A stretch of 64,000 bases of DNA, taken from Escherichia phage vB_EcoM_DE16. How positions within the stretch are numbered: position 1 is the first letter of the stretch; each line of letters opens with the position of its first letter. Under the pieces are notes generated by a model that made no database searches, had not been told where the DNA came from, and worked only from the letters and a program-made list of their open reading frames with translations. Positions 62,974 through 64,000 of the stretch are shown here, piece after piece. The DNA is taken from the sequence record OP595145.1, one strand, 5' to 3'. Both the position numbers and the translations under genes were made by a program.

Positions 62974-64000
62974 TTAACGATCCTCTCTGATTTGATTAAT
63001 CTTACGAGCAAGGGCAGCTATAAGCTTATCTTCTTCGGATACAGGAGCCGTGCTCTTACCTAAACGATGCATGTCTAGAATCTCTTGAACAGTCCGGTTC
63101 CATTGTAGACATTTAATACAACGTGTATGTGCAACATACAGAAGATTTCGTTCTGATTCTTCAAGACCTACCCACTCACCCTTCTTATCATAATTAGAAG
63201 GGAAGTCATTTGCAACAATAACCTGATCCCATTCCAAACCTTTTGATTTGTGGGCTGTAGTTAAAGTAACTTTAGCCGTTGGAGAGTTACGGTGCATACG
63301 TAAAGTGTATGCAATATTATTAGCTTTACCAGAAACAACAATGTTTAAAAGTCGTTTTGCATCAGGATCTGATTCTGCACACTCTACAAATTCTTCCCAA
63401 GAAGTGTAAGGTAGAACTGTCTCATGCTTAACTTTGTCCAAATCACCTCTACGTAAAGCATTAACACTATCAACCATAGAAATGAAATCTTTGGTATCTA
63501 CGTTAATAATAATCTCTTCTCCGTTAGCGATTCGGTCCATAGCTTCGAGCAACAGGGTCAAATTCTTACGGAAAATAATGGTGTAAGGTTTACTATAATC
63601 TACCACATCAGAATGAAAACTTCCAGTGACAGTATCATAACCTTTCCCTACCAGCGGATGCTTCAGAGGTGAGCGATCAGAAAGGATCGCATTAGCAATG
63701 TCCGCAACTTTAGGACCAAAGCGAAAACAAGCTGTCAGAGGCAACTCAACCCCATATGTAGCCGTTTGCTTCATCATGTTCTGGCTTCCACGGAACTGAT
63801 AAATACTCTGAAACTCATCACCCACAACAACAATACGTTTAGCCGATTTAGCATTGCGAAGGATAGACAGGAATGCAGGGTTAACATCCTGGAATTCATC
63901 TCCAAAAATAATATCGTATCCTAAATCTTCTTTACTCAATTCAAAGAGTTTCACATAGGTGTCATGAGTCATAATGGTTTCTGATTTAGGATCAATACGC
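62974..64000 (-). CDS. UvrD/Rep-like superfamily 1 helicase, C-terminal part (N-terminus beyond window end)
   Basis: Motif II DEFQD, motif III VVVGDEFQSIYQFRG, motif VI TAHKSKGLEWD; reading frame stays open to position 64000. Confidence 0.65.
   Translation of the reverse strand, partial: RIDPKSETIMTHDTYVKLFELSKEDLGYDIIFGDEFQDVNPAFLSILRNAKSAKRIVVVGDEFQSIYQFRGSQNMMKQTATYGVELPLTACFRFGPKVADIANAILSDRSPLKHPLVGKGYDTVTGSFHSDVVDYSKPYTIIFRKNLTLLLEAMDRIANGEEIIINVDTKDFISMVDSVNALRRGDLDKVKHETVLPYTSWEEFVECAESDPDAKRLLNIVVSGKANNIAYTLRMHRNSPTAKVTLTTAHKSKGLEWDQVIVANDFPSNYDKKGEWVGLEESERNLLYVAHTRCIKCLQWNRTVQEILDMHRLGKSTAPVSEEDKLIAALARKINQIREDR

Noticed and set aside
1-64000. Possibility that the window is a prophage or bacterial chromosomal segment, given the Ter-type genes
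   Set aside because: No integrase, repressor, attachment-site repeats or host housekeeping genes; uniform AT-rich composition and phage-style overlapping operons throughout, so the Ter-like genes are interpreted as phage-encoded

Overview
The window looks like part of a large, AT-rich, virulent myovirus-type phage genome; no integrase, repressor, tRNA or CRISPR array was seen. Positions 1-34.6 kb are a plus-strand late structural block: head genes (scaffold-like, decoration-like, lambda gpE-like major capsid), contractile tail (sheath, tube, chaperone with a predicted -1 frameshift, tape measure), and a P2/Mu-like baseplate (gpV-like spike, gp25/gpW-like, gpJ-like, gpI-like, tail fiber and assembly chaperone). 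Embedded in and following the baseplate genes are at least six large receptor-binding or depolymerase-like proteins, including Calx-beta, collagen-like and RCC1/Big_2/BspA-LRR architectures. A bidirectional terminator near 34.6 kb separates this from a minus-strand replication and accessory block running to the window end: SSB-like protein, minimal nucleotidyltransferase, family A DNA polymerase, adenine methyltransferase, primase-helicase, four tandem glycosyltransferase-like genes, anaerobic ribonucleotide reductase NrdD/NrdG and a UvrD-like helicase cut by the window edge. The most unusual content is a phage-borne Ter-like (tellurite-resistance-type) stress/metabolite cluster at about 47.1-58.2 kb: TerD, a TerF-like vWA protein, a TelA-like protein, TerC, a phosphoribosyltransferase-HAD pair, a macro domain protein and a SleB-like hydrolase, interleaved with small unknown genes. 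All calls come from reading the six-frame translations for motifs; no database search was run, and hand-derived coordinates for promoters, terminators and re-assigned starts may be off by 1-2 nt.
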